Of a DNA stretch of 32,000 nt, positions 19,527 to 29,427 are shown in pieces. Position numbers and translations under genes: made by a program. Position 1 is the stretch's first letter. Each line of letters starts with the position of its first letter. The DNA lies in NCBI RefSeq assembly GCF_001644705.1, contig NZ_CP015137.1, positions 3,330,001 to 3,362,000 of the forward strand, in the 5' to 3' direction. Under the pieces are notes generated by a model, which was given only the letters and a program-made list of their open reading frames with translations, was not told where the DNA came from and did no database searches. This DNA is from Dickeya solani IPO 2222. Its GTDB lineage: Bacteria > Pseudomonadota > Gammaproteobacteria > Enterobacterales > Enterobacteriaceae.

Positions 19527-20891
19527 CTATTGACTGACCAACTGTTCCAGTTGCTGCCGACTGGTCTTTTTGCGATCGATTTTCACGTAGGCGCTGAATT
19601 CATCCGGCACAATCACCACATCCGCTACGCCCGGATGCTGCTGCAACTTATCGGACAGCGCATTATCCCGTAGCGCTTCATCCGGCAAGGTAATGCGCAG
19701 GCTGCTCAGATAAGGCGGCTCCTGCATGGTAAAGCTGACCAGCAACCAGACTAGCCCCAGCAGTGCCCCCGCGCTGAATACCAGCGATGCGCCATGCAGG
19801 TCATACAGAGCGCCGCCGAGGCTGCCGCCAATCGCCACCCCGATGAACTGGGTGGTGGAATAGACCCCCATCGCGGTGCCCTTGTAACCGGCTGGCGATT
19901 CCTTGCTGATCAGGGATGGCAGCAGCGCTTCCATAACGTTGAACCCCAGGAAGAACAGCTGAATACCGATGAGTATCTGCCACAAGGCATGATTGCCCGC
20001 CTGCAGCAATACCAGCTCCGCCGCAATCAGAATCATGACGCAGGCAATAAATACCTGCTTCATCCGCCGTTTGACCTCGGCATAGATGACGAACGGCACG
20101 ACGGCAGCGAACGACACCAGCATCGTTACCAGATAGACCTTCCAGTGATGTTGCGGCGCCAGTCCTGCCTGTTCCATTACCCGCGGTAATGCCACAAAAC
20201 TCGACATCAGCAGGATGTGCAGGCACATGATGCCGAAGTTGAGTTTCAGCAGTCGGCTGTTGGTCAGCACTTTGCTAACGCCGCCGCGTACGATAGCGGA
20301 CTCACGATTCAACACATGGGATGACGAAGAAGGGATGACGGCCAGGGTAATCATGATAGCCAGCAGCGCCAGCAATGCGATCCCCCAGAACAGTGCATTC
20401 AGACCTAACGCGTGGGTGACAATCGGGCCGACCACCATGGCGATAGCAAAGGTGATGCCGAAGCTGACGCCGATAAACGCCATCGCTTTGGTGCGGTTCT
20501 GCTCGCGGGTTAAATCCGACAGCAGCGCCATGACCGCAGCGGAAATGGCGCCGGAACCCTGTAGCGCGCGGCCGAGAATAATTCCCCAGATTGTGTCGCT
20601 CAGCGCGGCGATGACACTACCCAGCACAAATATCAGCAGGCCGCCGACAATCAGCGGTTTACGTCCTATGCGGTCGGACATCAGCCCGAATGGGATTTGG
20701 AAGATCGCCTGCATCAGGCCATAAATGCCTATCGCAACGCCAATCAGTGATTCGCTGGCGCCCTGCAGAGCCATTCCGTAAGTGGTTAGCACCGGAAGCA
20801 CCATGAACATGCCCAGCATACGAAGTGAAAAAACCAGACCCAGTCCCCATGTCGCCCTCTGCTCAACAGGGGTCATGCGATTATCGTTCAT
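19527..20891 (-). CDS. yajR: MFS transporter YajR (454 aa)
   Basis: From the ATG at 20891, MNDNRMTPVEQRATWGLGLVFSLRMLGMFMVLPVLTTYGMALQGASE... aligns with E. coli YajR (MNDYKMTPGERRATWGLG...) and has the same length. An alternative ATG lies at 20906. Confidence 0.93.
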   Translation of the reverse strand: MNDNRMTPVEQRATWGLGLVFSLRMLGMFMVLPVLTTYGMALQGASESLIGVAIGIYGLMQAIFQIPFGLMSDRIGRKPLIVGGLLIFVLGSVIAALSDTIWGIILGRALQGSGAISAAVMALLSDLTREQNRTKAMAFIGVSFGITFAIAMVVGPIVTHALGLNALFWGIALLALLAIMITLAVIPSSSSHVLNRESAIVRGGVSKVLTNSRLLKLNFGIMCLHILLMSSFVALPRVMEQAGLAPQHHWKVYLVTMLVSFAAVVPFVIYAEVKRRMKQVFIACVMILIAAELVLLQAGNHALWQILIGIQLFFLGFNVMEALLPSLISKESPAGYKGTAMGVYSTTQFIGVAIGGSLGGALYDLHGASLVFSAGALLGLVWLLVSFTMQEPPYLSSLRITLPDEALRDNALSDKLQQHPGVADVVIVPDEFSAYVKIDRKKTSRQQLEQLVSQ

Positions 20892-21251
20892 TGCTACCTC
20901 TGACATTTCGTTAGCGCTATTTTAGTATCCGGACTCAAAAGCGTAAACGACAGGTTTGTTTCTGTATTTGGCAAAACAGGGGAGGGGGATGAAAAATGCC
21001 CGTCTTCAGGTCCGTTGTACAGTGGGTAATGTCGATAAATATAAAATAAGACAATGAGTTAGTCAGCGTTTCAACCTCTGCATGGCGTTGGCGCTTTATA
21101 GACAGGAGTTACAGAGAAGCATCACGGGGCAAGCCAGAGGGCACGGGTCAGTTCACACCAACTCACTTCTCACCCTCTATCGTATGCCCCGCATGCTTTT
21201 TCCGGTCCCCAAAAGCGAAAGTGCGAGATCCGGACACTCTTCTGAGAAACG

Positions 21252-21884
21252 TTATGACAGCGTACGAAGGACATTGTCGATGTCAGACCGCCACTCTTCT
21301 GCTGACACCGCTTTGAATGGAACTGCACCAACCGAGGCACTTGAAATAACAACCGTGGGTTCGAGGTCGCGCAGAAGCATAAGGCTGCTCTTAAGGTCCG
21401 ATTTCGAGCCCCCTTCATACCAATTGGTGCGGGTCTCCCAAATCCCGTGGTTCATATAGAGAGTGTCTCCGGTAAACAGGTATGTTTGTCCATGAACTGA
21501 CCGAACCAGAAAACACACGCTGCCTTTGGTATGACCGGGCGTTGGTATCACCTCGATGTTGCCCTGGCGGATCTCCCGGCCATCGAACAGGTAATCAACC
21601 GGCGTTACCTTTCTGGCGACCGGTTCTTCCAGTCGATGGCAACAGAGTTTCGAGCCAAAAAGCGTCTTGATCTCGGCGAGCGCGCCGCCTACCTCATCCC
21701 GGTGGCTCAAAAACTGATAGGTTATCCCGCCCAGTTCTTGAATGTGTTGATACTCCTCCCGCGAGCCGGAGTTGTAAAAGAGGATGTTGCCGGTGTCCTG
21801 TACCAGCAGGTAAGCGTGGGAGTTTACGCCCGAGAATGGGTGTTCCACACGGGTTTGCCAGAGATCAGGGTAAATCTGTTTCAT
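21252..21884 (-). CDS. MBL-fold (metallo-beta-lactamase superfamily) protein with a non-canonical motif 1 (210 aa)
   Basis: MBL landmarks occur in the expected order: SHAYLLVQDTGNILFYNSG, then FLSHRDEVGG where HxHxDH is expected, then PTPGHTKGS, then FTGDTLY. No HxHxDH occurs anywhere in the protein. Confidence 0.75.
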   Translation of the reverse strand: MKQIYPDLWQTRVEHPFSGVNSHAYLLVQDTGNILFYNSGSREEYQHIQELGGITYQFLSHRDEVGGALAEIKTLFGSKLCCHRLEEPVARKVTPVDYLFDGREIRQGNIEVIPTPGHTKGSVCFLVRSVHGQTYLFTGDTLYMNHGIWETRTNWYEGGSKSDLKSSLMLLRDLEPTVVISSASVGAVPFKAVSAEEWRSDIDNVLRTLS

Positions 21885-21957
21885 GCTTACCTCCTTAGAA
21901 TTTCTTCTGTTTGTTCAGCAGATGGCATTCCTGGCCGGATTGCCAGCTCTGTCGACA

Positions 21958-22872
21958 CTAGGTGCGTGTAGAGTCCGGAGTGCGGAAATACCTATCTCCT
22001 TCGAGATCGGAAAGCAGTGAAGGCATCATCGGATTCCAACCGAGTCTTTCCCGCGTCAGACGGTTCGATGCGTCCAGGTCGAATGAAACAAAATGCGAGA
22101 ACCATCCGAAGTGCGCTTCTGCTTCTGCTGCGGACTTCGAAACGATGGGGACTCCTAACCCACGGCCGATAGCAATGGCGATGTCCTTGAACGGAATGCG
22201 TTCCTCGGCGACGGCATGATAGCGAGCACCCGAAGTACCTCGTTCCAGTGCGAGGCGATACAGCGTTGCGGCATCGAGACGATGCACGGCTGGCCAGCAA
22301 TTTTGGCCTTCTTCAATGTAGGCCGAAACCCCCGTTCTGCGCGCAATGTCGATTAGCAAAGGCACGAACGCGTGGTCTCCGTCGCCGTGAACGGATGAAG
22401 CGAGCCGGACGATCGACGCATGTACGCCCTTTGCGATTACCGCGTCGACGGCCTCTTCCGTTGCGGCACGCGGGTTAGTAACAGACCCCGTCGCGGGCAT
22501 TGAGTCCTCGGTGGTTCTTTGGCTTTTGGGAAGAATTCCAATGGCTGATGTAATCACAAGCCGACGCGTAGACCCTTCGACAACGGAACCGAGTGCCTCG
22601 ATCAGGCGGCGGTCAGTTTCGCAGTTGGCCTGAAACTTGGAAAAGTCATTGTCAAAGGCGGTATGAATTATACCGTCACAGACGGCTGCCCCGGCGAGAA
22701 CGCTATCGAGATTCTCGATGTCGCCGCGATGCGCCTCCCCGCCGATGGCGCGCAAACCATCGGCGGACTTGTCCGAGCGGACAAGCCCGAGAACCTGGTA
22801 TCCGGTGGCGATCAGTTCGCGGACAACCGCAGAGCCGACGAATCCGCTGGCCCCAGTAACAAAAATTCGCAT
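21958..22872 (-). CDS. NAD(P)-binding atypical SDR (NmrA/epimerase-like, 304 aa)
   Basis: The N-terminus MRIFVTGASGFVGSAVVRELIATGYQVLGLVRS is a Rossmann TGxxGxxG motif. No YxxxK occurs anywhere in the protein, and NPRAATEEAV sits where extended SDRs have PYxxSK. AGGGG Shine-Dalgarno sequence 8 nt upstream. Confidence 0.8.
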   Translation of the reverse strand: MRIFVTGASGFVGSAVVRELIATGYQVLGLVRSDKSADGLRAIGGEAHRGDIENLDSVLAGAAVCDGIIHTAFDNDFSKFQANCETDRRLIEALGSVVEGSTRRLVITSAIGILPKSQRTTEDSMPATGSVTNPRAATEEAVDAVIAKGVHASIVRLASSVHGDGDHAFVPLLIDIARRTGVSAYIEEGQNCWPAVHRLDAATLYRLALERGTSGARYHAVAEERIPFKDIAIAIGRGLGVPIVSKSAAEAEAHFGWFSHFVSFDLDASNRLTRERLGWNPMMPSLLSDLEGDRYFRTPDSTRT

Positions 22873-23131
22873 GGTCGAGCCCCTTTTTCATGTCCTGTTG
22901 AAAAAAGCATGGTGAAAAAACGGCTGATGACTGAGTGTGATTGGCTGCCTCAATCTCAAGCCGTTGGGGCATTCTATTGAACCCGTTCTGTACGATCTAT
23001 ACTGGAAAATCCAAATATCTTTCGCTATCGTCCAGAATTGGGGCGCGGTTTTTTGGGAAAATGCTACCTTGAATTAAGAAGGAAGGATATGGCGTTCTTG
23101 GGGTTTCATCCGTAATAAGCACTAAGGCAGG

Positions 23132-24043
23132 TTATGCACGCGGTTTAACCGAGTGGCTATATCGCCGTGGAGAGCGCCCTATAATTCGCTTGAACGCTGT
23201 GCTGAACGCACTTTCCGATTCATACCCGAGCGAAAAGGCTATAGCCGAAATCGGATCGTCTGAGTTTATTAGTCGATCGCTGGCGAGCAGCATGCGCCAT
23301 CGTGCCAGATAATCGATTGGGGACGTACCGACGGCTTCTTTAAAACGCTGTGCGAATGAGGATCGTGACATTCCCGTAAGTTCACCCAGTTCCTGAACCG
23401 TCCAGTTCAAGGCGGGTTTTTCATGCATGGCGGCTATGGCAGTACCAACGTTCTTGTCGGCCAACGCTGATAGCAGCCCGACACCGCGGCAATCCAGGTG
23501 CAGCCTGAGCGCTTGCACTAGGATCATGTGCGCCAAATGCTGCAAAATGAGCACGCTGCCAGGCTGCGGCGCTCGCAGTTCCTGCATCATCCGTTCGACC
23601 AGCCAACGCAGTGTGGTTTGATCTGTGGTGCTACGAATATGGACGATGTGGGGCAAAAGCTTCAACAGCATGTCGGCATGCAGTTCGGAAACGGAGAAGC
23701 GGCTACTGACGATAAATACGTCGCCGCCGCCGTTCCAGCTAACTATGCCGCCGTTTTCCGCTCCCGTGAATACCTCTGCTGCCTGCACCGGCTTAACATC
23801 CATTTGGCTGGCAAGGTGAAACGGCTCTCCGCGTGGAAGAACAAAGCAGTCGCCGCTTTCGAGTTGAACCGGCTCGTCAACCCCTTCCACTGCTAGCCAG
23901 CAGCGCCCCGTGACCACCGCGCCGCTCTTGATAGTTCCCGTTTGATCGGGGAATTGAATCGCCCAATCGCCACCGCCATCAAATCCGGCAGACATGTAGT
24001 TCACTGGCTTCAATAAGGCTAGAACATCGGAAAGAGGATCCAT
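23132..24043 (-). CDS. AraC family transcriptional regulator with an N-terminal cupin domain (303 aa)
   Basis: The N-terminus MDPLSDVLALLKPVNYMSAGFDGGGDWAIQFP... is typical of the AraC-type cupin (Cupin_6-like) class. The C-terminal double HTH is WTVQELGELTGMSRSSFAQRFKEAVGTSPIDYLARWRM...IAFSLGYESESAFSTAFKR. Confidence 0.88.
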   Translation of the reverse strand: MDPLSDVLALLKPVNYMSAGFDGGGDWAIQFPDQTGTIKSGAVVTGRCWLAVEGVDEPVQLESGDCFVLPRGEPFHLASQMDVKPVQAAEVFTGAENGGIVSWNGGGDVFIVSSRFSVSELHADMLLKLLPHIVHIRSTTDQTTLRWLVERMMQELRAPQPGSVLILQHLAHMILVQALRLHLDCRGVGLLSALADKNVGTAIAAMHEKPALNWTVQELGELTGMSRSSFAQRFKEAVGTSPIDYLARWRMLLASDRLINSDDPISAIAFSLGYESESAFSTAFKRIIGRSPRRYSHSVKPRA

Positions 24044-24176
24044 TAGCGCTCTCGGACGATTGGCAAATAAAAGTGGGTTTTTATCCTAAAGCGTCCAGTG
24101 CTTTGGCGCCAGGTTTTTCAGTGTTTCCTGATTCGCACAACGTTCAGCCAGGTTTGGTGCTATCACCGCGTGCAAT

Positions 24177-24204
24177 AAAAAAAACAGACGGGCAAGCCCG
24201 TCTG
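24177..24204 (-). terminator. Intrinsic terminator of the cyo operon
   Basis: The reverse strand reads CAGACGGGC-tt-GCCCGTCTG followed by TTTTTTTT, 25 nt after the cyoE stop. Confidence 0.85.
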
Positions 24205-24228
24205 TCTGTATGCATGTACTGATGAAGA

Positions 24229-25122
24229 TCAGTGCAGGTAAGTCAGCAGCGTTTCCTGCATCGGCGTCATCGAATCCACCGACATCATGACGCTTAGGGA
24301 CGTGATGGCCACGATGGAAAACACGAACAGCTTTCTTGCCCATACGCGATCGTCGTTCGGGCTTTTGTAGCCGGACAAGGCCATGCCGAGCCACCAGACG
24401 CTGACCGCCGCCGCCACCACCAGGTATTTGTACCCGGCGTAGCCGCCCAGCGACAACATCAGGGTCGCAACCATAAACGCCAGGATATACAGCGTAATAT
24501 GATGTTTCGCCACCGAGATGCCTTTGACGACCGGCAGCACCGGAATATTGGCGGCCTGATAATCCTTAAAGCGGAAAATCGCGATAGCGTAGGAATGCGG
24601 CATTTGCCACAGGCTGAAAATCAGCAGCAGAATCAGCGCGCCGGCGTCAAACTGGTTGCTGACGGCGCAATAGCCGATCACCGGCGGCGCGGCGCCTGAC
24701 AGGCTGCCAATCAACGTGCCGTAGACCGAATGGCGTTTCATGTACAGGCTGTAAACGCCGACATAGACCACAAAGCCCATCACCGCCAGCCACATCGCCA
24801 GCGGATTTGCCGCGAGGTACAGTAACGCAAAGCCAGCAATACCCAACAGCGAAGCGTAAATCAGCGTGTTTTTCAGCGGAATCAGCCCCTTCACCAGAAC
24901 CCGATTCTTGGTCCTCTCCATTTTTTTGTCGATATCGCGATCGATAACGTTGTTAAAGACGCAACCCGATGCAACGACCAGCGACACCCCGATCAGGGTC
25001 GCGACAAACAGTGGATAATGGATGGTGCCTTTGGCCGCCAGCAAAAATCCACCGATAACGGAAATCAGGTTGCCAAAAATAATGCCCGGTTTGGTGACCT
25101 GCAGGTATTGCTTAATCATCAT
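24229..25122 (-). CDS. cyoE: Protoheme IX farnesyltransferase (heme O synthase, 297 aa)
   Basis: [29 protein letters not shown]...[18 protein letters not shown] closely matches remembered E. coli CyoE. Confidence 0.97.
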   Translation of the reverse strand: MMIKQYLQVTKPGIIFGNLISVIGGFLLAAKGTIHYPLFVATLIGVSLVVASGCVFNNVIDRDIDKKMERTKNRVLVKGLIPLKNTLIYASLLGIAGFALLYLAANPLAMWLAVMGFVVYVGVYSLYMKRHSVYGTLIGSLSGAAPPVIGYCAVSNQFDAGALILLLIFSLWQMPHSYAIAIFRFKDYQAANIPVLPVVKGISVAKHHITLYILAFMVATLMLSLGGYAGYKYLVVAAAVSVWWLGMALSGYKSPNDDRVWARKLFVFSIVAITSLSVMMSVDSMTPMQETLLTYLH

Positions 25123-25135
25123 GTAAAAGGCTCGG

Positions 25136-25468
25136 TTACTGAATCATCATGTTGTGGTGCGCATTCATCATGATCCACAGGGATCCCACCACCACGATTG
25201 CGATAATCAGGGCGGTAAACACAATGGCTACCACATTCCAACGCTCTTCTGATGAGGTATTGAGATGCAGGAAGTACACCAGATGAACCAGAATCTGGAT
25301 AACGGCGCAGCCCAGCACGGTCAGCAGAATGACGCTGTGGGAAGCCGAACCGTTCATCACCAGACCGAACGGAATAACGGTCAGGATGATGGACAGAACG
25401 AAACCAATCAGATAGGACTTCACGCTACCGTGGCTGGCGCCGGCATGATCGTGTGTGGAATGACTCAT
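25136..25468 (-). CDS. cyoD: Cytochrome bo3 ubiquinol oxidase subunit IV (110 aa)
   Basis: From the ATG at 25468, [34 protein letters not shown] aligns with E. coli CyoD ([22 protein letters not shown]...). The start shares one base with the cyoC stop (TAATG). The ORF-track start at 25513 adds 15 non-homologous residues. Confidence 0.94.
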   Translation of the reverse strand: MSHSTHDHAGASHGSVKSYLIGFVLSIILTVIPFGLVMNGSASHSVILLTVLGCAVIQILVHLVYFLHLNTSSEERWNVVAIVFTALIIAIVVVGSLWIMMNAHHNMMIQ

Positions 25469-26082
25469 TACATCGCCCCCATCAGATAAACAACAGTGAA
25501 GACACAAATCCATACCACGTCAAGGAAGTGCCAGAACAGGCTCAGACACATCAGACGGGTCTTGTTGCGACTGGTCAGGCCGTATTTCGTTACCTGGATC
25601 ATCATGATGGCAATCCAGATCAGGCCAGAGGTCACGTGGATACCGTGGGTACCGACCAACGCAAAGAACGCGGACAGGAACGCGCTGCGGTCAGGGCCGG
25701 CGCCTTCGGCGATCAGGTGATGGAATTCGTAGATTTCCATACCGATGAACACCAGCCCGAACAGAAAGGTCAAACCCAGCCAGGCGTTAACCTGGCTCTT
25801 GTTGCCTTTGTTCATGGCAATCATCGCCATGCCGTAGGTGATACTACTGAACAGCAGGGCGAAGGTTTCCACCAGCACGAACTTCAGATCGAACAGTTCT
25901 TTGCCGGTCGGGCCGCCAGCAGTGCCGTTCACCAGAACGGCGTAGGTCGCGAACAACATCCCAAACAGGATGCAGTCGCTCATCAGGTAGATCCAGAAAC
26001 CGAAGACCTTATTGGCGCCGGTGTCGTGGTGCCCATGCTCGGCATGGGCTGCATTGTGATGAGTTAACGTATCAGTGGACAT
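25468..26082 (-). CDS. cyoC: Cytochrome bo3 ubiquinol oxidase subunit III (204 aa)
   Basis: [20 protein letters not shown]...[22 protein letters not shown] matches remembered E. coli CyoC and has the same length. Confidence 0.97.
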   Translation of the reverse strand: MSTDTLTHHNAAHAEHGHHDTGANKVFGFWIYLMSDCILFGMLFATYAVLVNGTAGGPTGKELFDLKFVLVETFALLFSSITYGMAMIAMNKGNKSQVNAWLGLTFLFGLVFIGMEIYEFHHLIAEGAGPDRSAFLSAFFALVGTHGIHVTSGLIWIAIMMIQVTKYGLTSRNKTRLMCLSLFWHFLDVVWICVFTVVYLMGAM

Positions 26083-28063
26083 TTTTCACGCCTGCTTTGC
26101 TGAGTTTATCGAAGTTTTGATTTTCGATTTTTTCGACCTCTTTAACCGGCACGTAGTAATCCACGTCCTGATTAAAGCTGTGCACGATCCAGGTCGCAAC
26201 CATGCCCACAAAGCCGATAATCGCCAGCCACCAGATGTACCAGATCATCGCGAAACCAAATACCAGGCTGAATGCGGAGATGATCACGCCTGCGCCGGTA
26301 TTCTTCGGCATATGAATCTCTTCATACTGAGCTGGTTTGCGATAAGCTTCGCCTTTTTCTTTGATTTCCCAGAATGCATCGCGTTCCTGAATATGCGGCA
26401 CAATGGCAAAATTGTAGAACGGAGGCGGAGAGGATGTCGCCCATTCCAGCGTACGAGCATCCCACGGGTCGCCGGTCAGATCGCGGTTCTGATCGCGGTC
26501 GCGGATACTGACGGCAAACTGGATGATCTGGCACAGGACGCCCAGCGCAATCAGGCCGGCGCCGATAGAAGCCACCACCAGCAGCGGGTGGAATTCCGGA
26601 TTGATCTGCTGGCTAAGGCGACGGGTCATTCCCATGAAGCCCAGCACGTACAGCGGCATAAAGGCGACGAAGAAGCCGATGATCCAGAACCAGAAGGCGC
26701 GTTTGCCCCAGGTTTCATTCAGCGTGAAGCCAAACGCTTTCGGGAACCAGTAGGTGATACCGGCAAAGCAGCCAAACACCACGCCGCCGATGATCACGTT
26801 ATGGAAGTGAGCGATCAGGAACAGGCTGTTGTGCAGTACAAAGTTGGCGCCCGGCACGGCCAGCAGTACCCCGGTCATACCACCGATGGAGAAGGTGATG
26901 ATGAAGCCGGTGGTCCACAGCATGGCGGAATGTGGCTGAATGCGCCCCTGATACATGGTGAACAGCCAGTTGAAGATTTTAACCCCGGTCGGGATTGAAA
27001 TAATCATCGTCGCGATACCGAAGAAGGCGTTGACGTTGGCGCCCGACCCCATGGTGAAGAAGTGGTGCAGCCAAACGATAAACGACAGGACGGTAATAGC
27101 GATGGTCGCCCATACCAGCGAGGTATAACCGAACAGACGCTTTTTACAGAAGGTTGCCACGACTTCGGAGTAAATACCGAAGACCGGCAGCACCAAAATG
27201 TACACTTCCGGATGGCCCCAGGCCCAAATCAGGTTGATGTACATCATCATGTTGCCACCCATATCATTGGTAAAGAAATGGGTGCCGAGGTAACGGTCCA
27301 GCGTCAGCAGGGCGATGGTGACCGTCAGAATCGGGAACGCGGCAATGATCAGCACGTTGGTGCACAACGCCGTCCAGGTGAACACCGGCATTTTCATTAG
27401 CGTCATGCCAGGCGCACGCATTTTCATGATGGTGGCGAAGAAGTTAACGCCAGTCAGCGTGGTACCTACACCGGAAATCTGGAGACTCCAGATCCAGTAG
27501 TCCACACCGACGCCGGGACTGTATTCCTTGCCTGACAACGGCGGATAGGCTACCCAGCCGGTCTGGGCGAACTCGCCGATCCCCAGAGACAGGTTGATAA
27601 GAACCACGCCGGCCACAAACAGCCAGAAGCTGAGTGAGTTCAGGAAAGGGAAGGCCACATCGCGTGCGCCGATCTGCAGCGGAACCGCCAGGTTCATCAG
27701 ACCGACCACGAACGGCGTCGCCACGAAGAAGATCATGATCACGCCATGCGCGGTGAAGATCTGGTCATAGTGGTGAGGGTTGAGGAAACCCGCTTCACCG
27801 GCGGAAGCCAGCACCTGCTGGCCACGCATCATGACGGCATCGGCAAAACCACGCAGCATCATCACCAGACCGATGATGATGTACATGATACCGATCTTTT
27901 TGTGGTCCACGGAGGTGAACCACTCGGACCACAGCCATTTCCATTTACCAAAATAGGTAACGGCAGCCAGCAGCGCCAAGCCGCCTAGAATGATTGCCGC
28001 CACCGTGACCATGATAATCGGCTCATGGTAGGGGATCGCATCAAGAGTTAATTTTCCGAACAT
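26072..28063 (-). CDS. cyoB: Cytochrome bo3 ubiquinol oxidase subunit I (663 aa)
   Basis: [18 protein letters not shown]...[14 protein letters not shown]...HFHNVIIGG shows heme-copper oxidase subunit I signatures. Same length as E. coli CyoB. Overlaps the cyoC start by 11 nt. Confidence 0.97.
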   Translation of the reverse strand: MFGKLTLDAIPYHEPIIMVTVAAIILGGLALLAAVTYFGKWKWLWSEWFTSVDHKKIGIMYIIIGLVMMLRGFADAVMMRGQQVLASAGEAGFLNPHHYDQIFTAHGVIMIFFVATPFVVGLMNLAVPLQIGARDVAFPFLNSLSFWLFVAGVVLINLSLGIGEFAQTGWVAYPPLSGKEYSPGVGVDYWIWSLQISGVGTTLTGVNFFATIMKMRAPGMTLMKMPVFTWTALCTNVLIIAAFPILTVTIALLTLDRYLGTHFFTNDMGGNMMMYINLIWAWGHPEVYILVLPVFGIYSEVVATFCKKRLFGYTSLVWATIAITVLSFIVWLHHFFTMGSGANVNAFFGIATMIISIPTGVKIFNWLFTMYQGRIQPHSAMLWTTGFIITFSIGGMTGVLLAVPGANFVLHNSLFLIAHFHNVIIGGVVFGCFAGITYWFPKAFGFTLNETWGKRAFWFWIIGFFVAFMPLYVLGFMGMTRRLSQQINPEFHPLLVVASIGAGLIALGVLCQIIQFAVSIRDRDQNRDLTGDPWDARTLEWATSSPPPFYNFAIVPHIQERDAFWEIKEKGEAYRKPAQYEEIHMPKNTGAGVIISAFSLVFGFAMIWYIWWLAIIGFVGMVATWIVHSFNQDVDYYVPVKEVEKIENQNFDKLSKAGVKNVH

Positions 28064-28083
28064 CGTTTATCCCTCGACTCCTT

Positions 28084-29034
28084 TTAATGAGAGGAGTGCT
28101 CGCTCATGTTCATGCCCTGGTGATTCTGCATGCCTTCTTCTTTCTTAGGCTCGCCTTCGGCACCGTGCTGCATGTTCATGTTGTTGCCAATGAATTTGGT
28201 AATGATCTGGCTGAACAGCTCAGGTTGAACCTGAGAGTAGTACTCCACCGGGTGGTACTCGGTCGGTTGCGCCAGTTTGTTAAAGTCATTCATCGTGCTC
28301 AGCGTCTTGGATGACTTGCGTACATTCTCAACCCATTGGTCAAACGCTTGCTGATCAGGGGTCGCGATGGCGGTGAACTTCATGCCGGAGAACCCTTTGC
28401 CACTGTAACCGCCGGAAATGCCGTCGTACTTGCCCGGCTCGTTGGCGATCAGATGCAACCTGGTCTGCATACCGGCCATGGCGTAGATCTGACCACCAAG
28501 ACGCGGAATAAAGAAGGAGTTCATCACCGTGTCGGACGTAATCTTGAAGTTGACCGGAACATTGGTCGGGAATGCCAGTTCATTGACCGTGGCGATGCCA
28601 AGGTCCGGGTAGATGAACAGCCATTTCCAGTCCAGCGACACCACTTCAACATTGATGGGTTTTACATTGGAATCCAGAGGCTTATAGGGATCAAGCGAAT
28701 GGGTGGTTTTCCAGGTGATCGTCCCAAGGATGATGATAATGATGATGGGAACCGTCCAGACAACGGCTTCGATTTTGTTAGAGTGCGACCAGTTTGGCGT
28801 GTACTTCGCTTTTTCATTGGAAGCTCTGAACTTCCAGGCGAAGGCAATCGTCATAATGATCACCGGGATAACAACGATCAGCATCAAACCGAGAGCTGTC
28901 AGTATCAACGAACGTTGCTCTAACCCGACTTGTCCTTTGGGGTTCATCAATGCCATATCACAACCACTGAGAAGCAGTGTGGTTGCGATTAAAGACAACA
29001 TCCCAAAAATTTTATTGTATTTCCTGAGTCTCAT
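28084..29034 (-). CDS. cyoA: Cytochrome bo3 ubiquinol oxidase subunit II, lipoprotein (316 aa)
   Basis: [25 protein letters not shown] carries a lipobox, and the remainder is colinear with remembered E. coli CyoA. GAGGT Shine-Dalgarno sequence upstream. Confidence 0.97.
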   Translation of the reverse strand: MRLRKYNKIFGMLSLIATTLLLSGCDMALMNPKGQVGLEQRSLILTALGLMLIVVIPVIIMTIAFAWKFRASNEKAKYTPNWSHSNKIEAVVWTVPIIIIIILGTITWKTTHSLDPYKPLDSNVKPINVEVVSLDWKWLFIYPDLGIATVNELAFPTNVPVNFKITSDTVMNSFFIPRLGGQIYAMAGMQTRLHLIANEPGKYDGISGGYSGKGFSGMKFTAIATPDQQAFDQWVENVRKSSKTLSTMNDFNKLAQPTEYHPVEYYSQVQPELFSQIITKFIGNNMNMQHGAEGEPKKEEGMQNHQGMNMSEHSSH

Positions 29035-29427
29035 CTAGCGACCTCAATTACAAGGGCTCTATTGTCATTTCACGCGAGCGGGCATTTTACGGGAAGGTTA
29101 CCGCACTGTAAACATGATTAAAGAGATGTCAGCCTGCTGTTTACAGTTTTTGCCTGACCTGTCACATTCAAGATACATTTCTGAAAATTACTTTTAAAAA
29201 CAGTGGGTAAAATCGACTACAGAAAAAGTATGTATCGCTTTTCAGGAATTACAACTATTTCTGAATACTATTTCACCTTGGTGTTAATATTTCGTTTCCA
29301 TTACGTTGCGTTAAATAACGTACTCAAGCGAAATTATTAAGAATAATGAAATAAATGTTTCTACTCGCTGATGGCTGAGAAGAAAAATAATTTAATAAAG
29401 TGATAATAGATAATGACAGTCCATTTT
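29035..29427 (-). promoter_or_regulatory. AT-rich cyoABCDE promoter/regulatory region
   Basis: A 393-nt AT-rich non-coding gap lies upstream of cyoA, and the operon promoter must lie within it. It contains several symmetric motifs (see findings). I cannot place the -10 and -35 hexamers confidently. Confidence 0.6.

Noticed and set aside
21082-21459. ORFs 21082..21459 (+, 125 aa) and 21170..21418 (-, 82 aa) spanning the gap downstream of the MBL gene.
   Set aside because: Both largely overlap the MBL-fold coding sequence in other frames and have no recognisable motifs or Shine-Dalgarno sequences. The 345-nt gap between the MBL stop and the yajR start is more simply the yajR promoter region.
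23078-23116. A strong Shine-Dalgarno sequence (AAGGAAGGAT) followed by an 8-codon ORF (MAFLGFHP*) on the plus strand just downstream of the AraC gene. It could be the remnant of a truncated gene start.
   Set aside because: It is too short to evaluate, I recognise no homology, and it cannot be distinguished from chance without comparative data.
20907-24176. The idea that the three-gene insertion is compositionally foreign (low GC).
   Set aside because: My spot counts of 60-mers inside the SDR, MBL and AraC genes gave roughly 52-63% GC, which overlaps the core genes. Only the intergenic parts are AT-rich, as they are elsewhere. A proper windowed GC and codon analysis is needed before making this claim.
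29401-29417. Fur-box-like GATAAT-a-GATAAT at the ampG 3' end, on the distal side of the cyo upstream region.
   Set aside because: There are only two hexamers, in direct orientation with a 1-nt offset, whereas the 19-bp Fur consensus needs three hexamers or a 7-1-7 inverted repeat. The site lies about 370 nt from cyoA in AT-rich DNA, where such matches are frequent.
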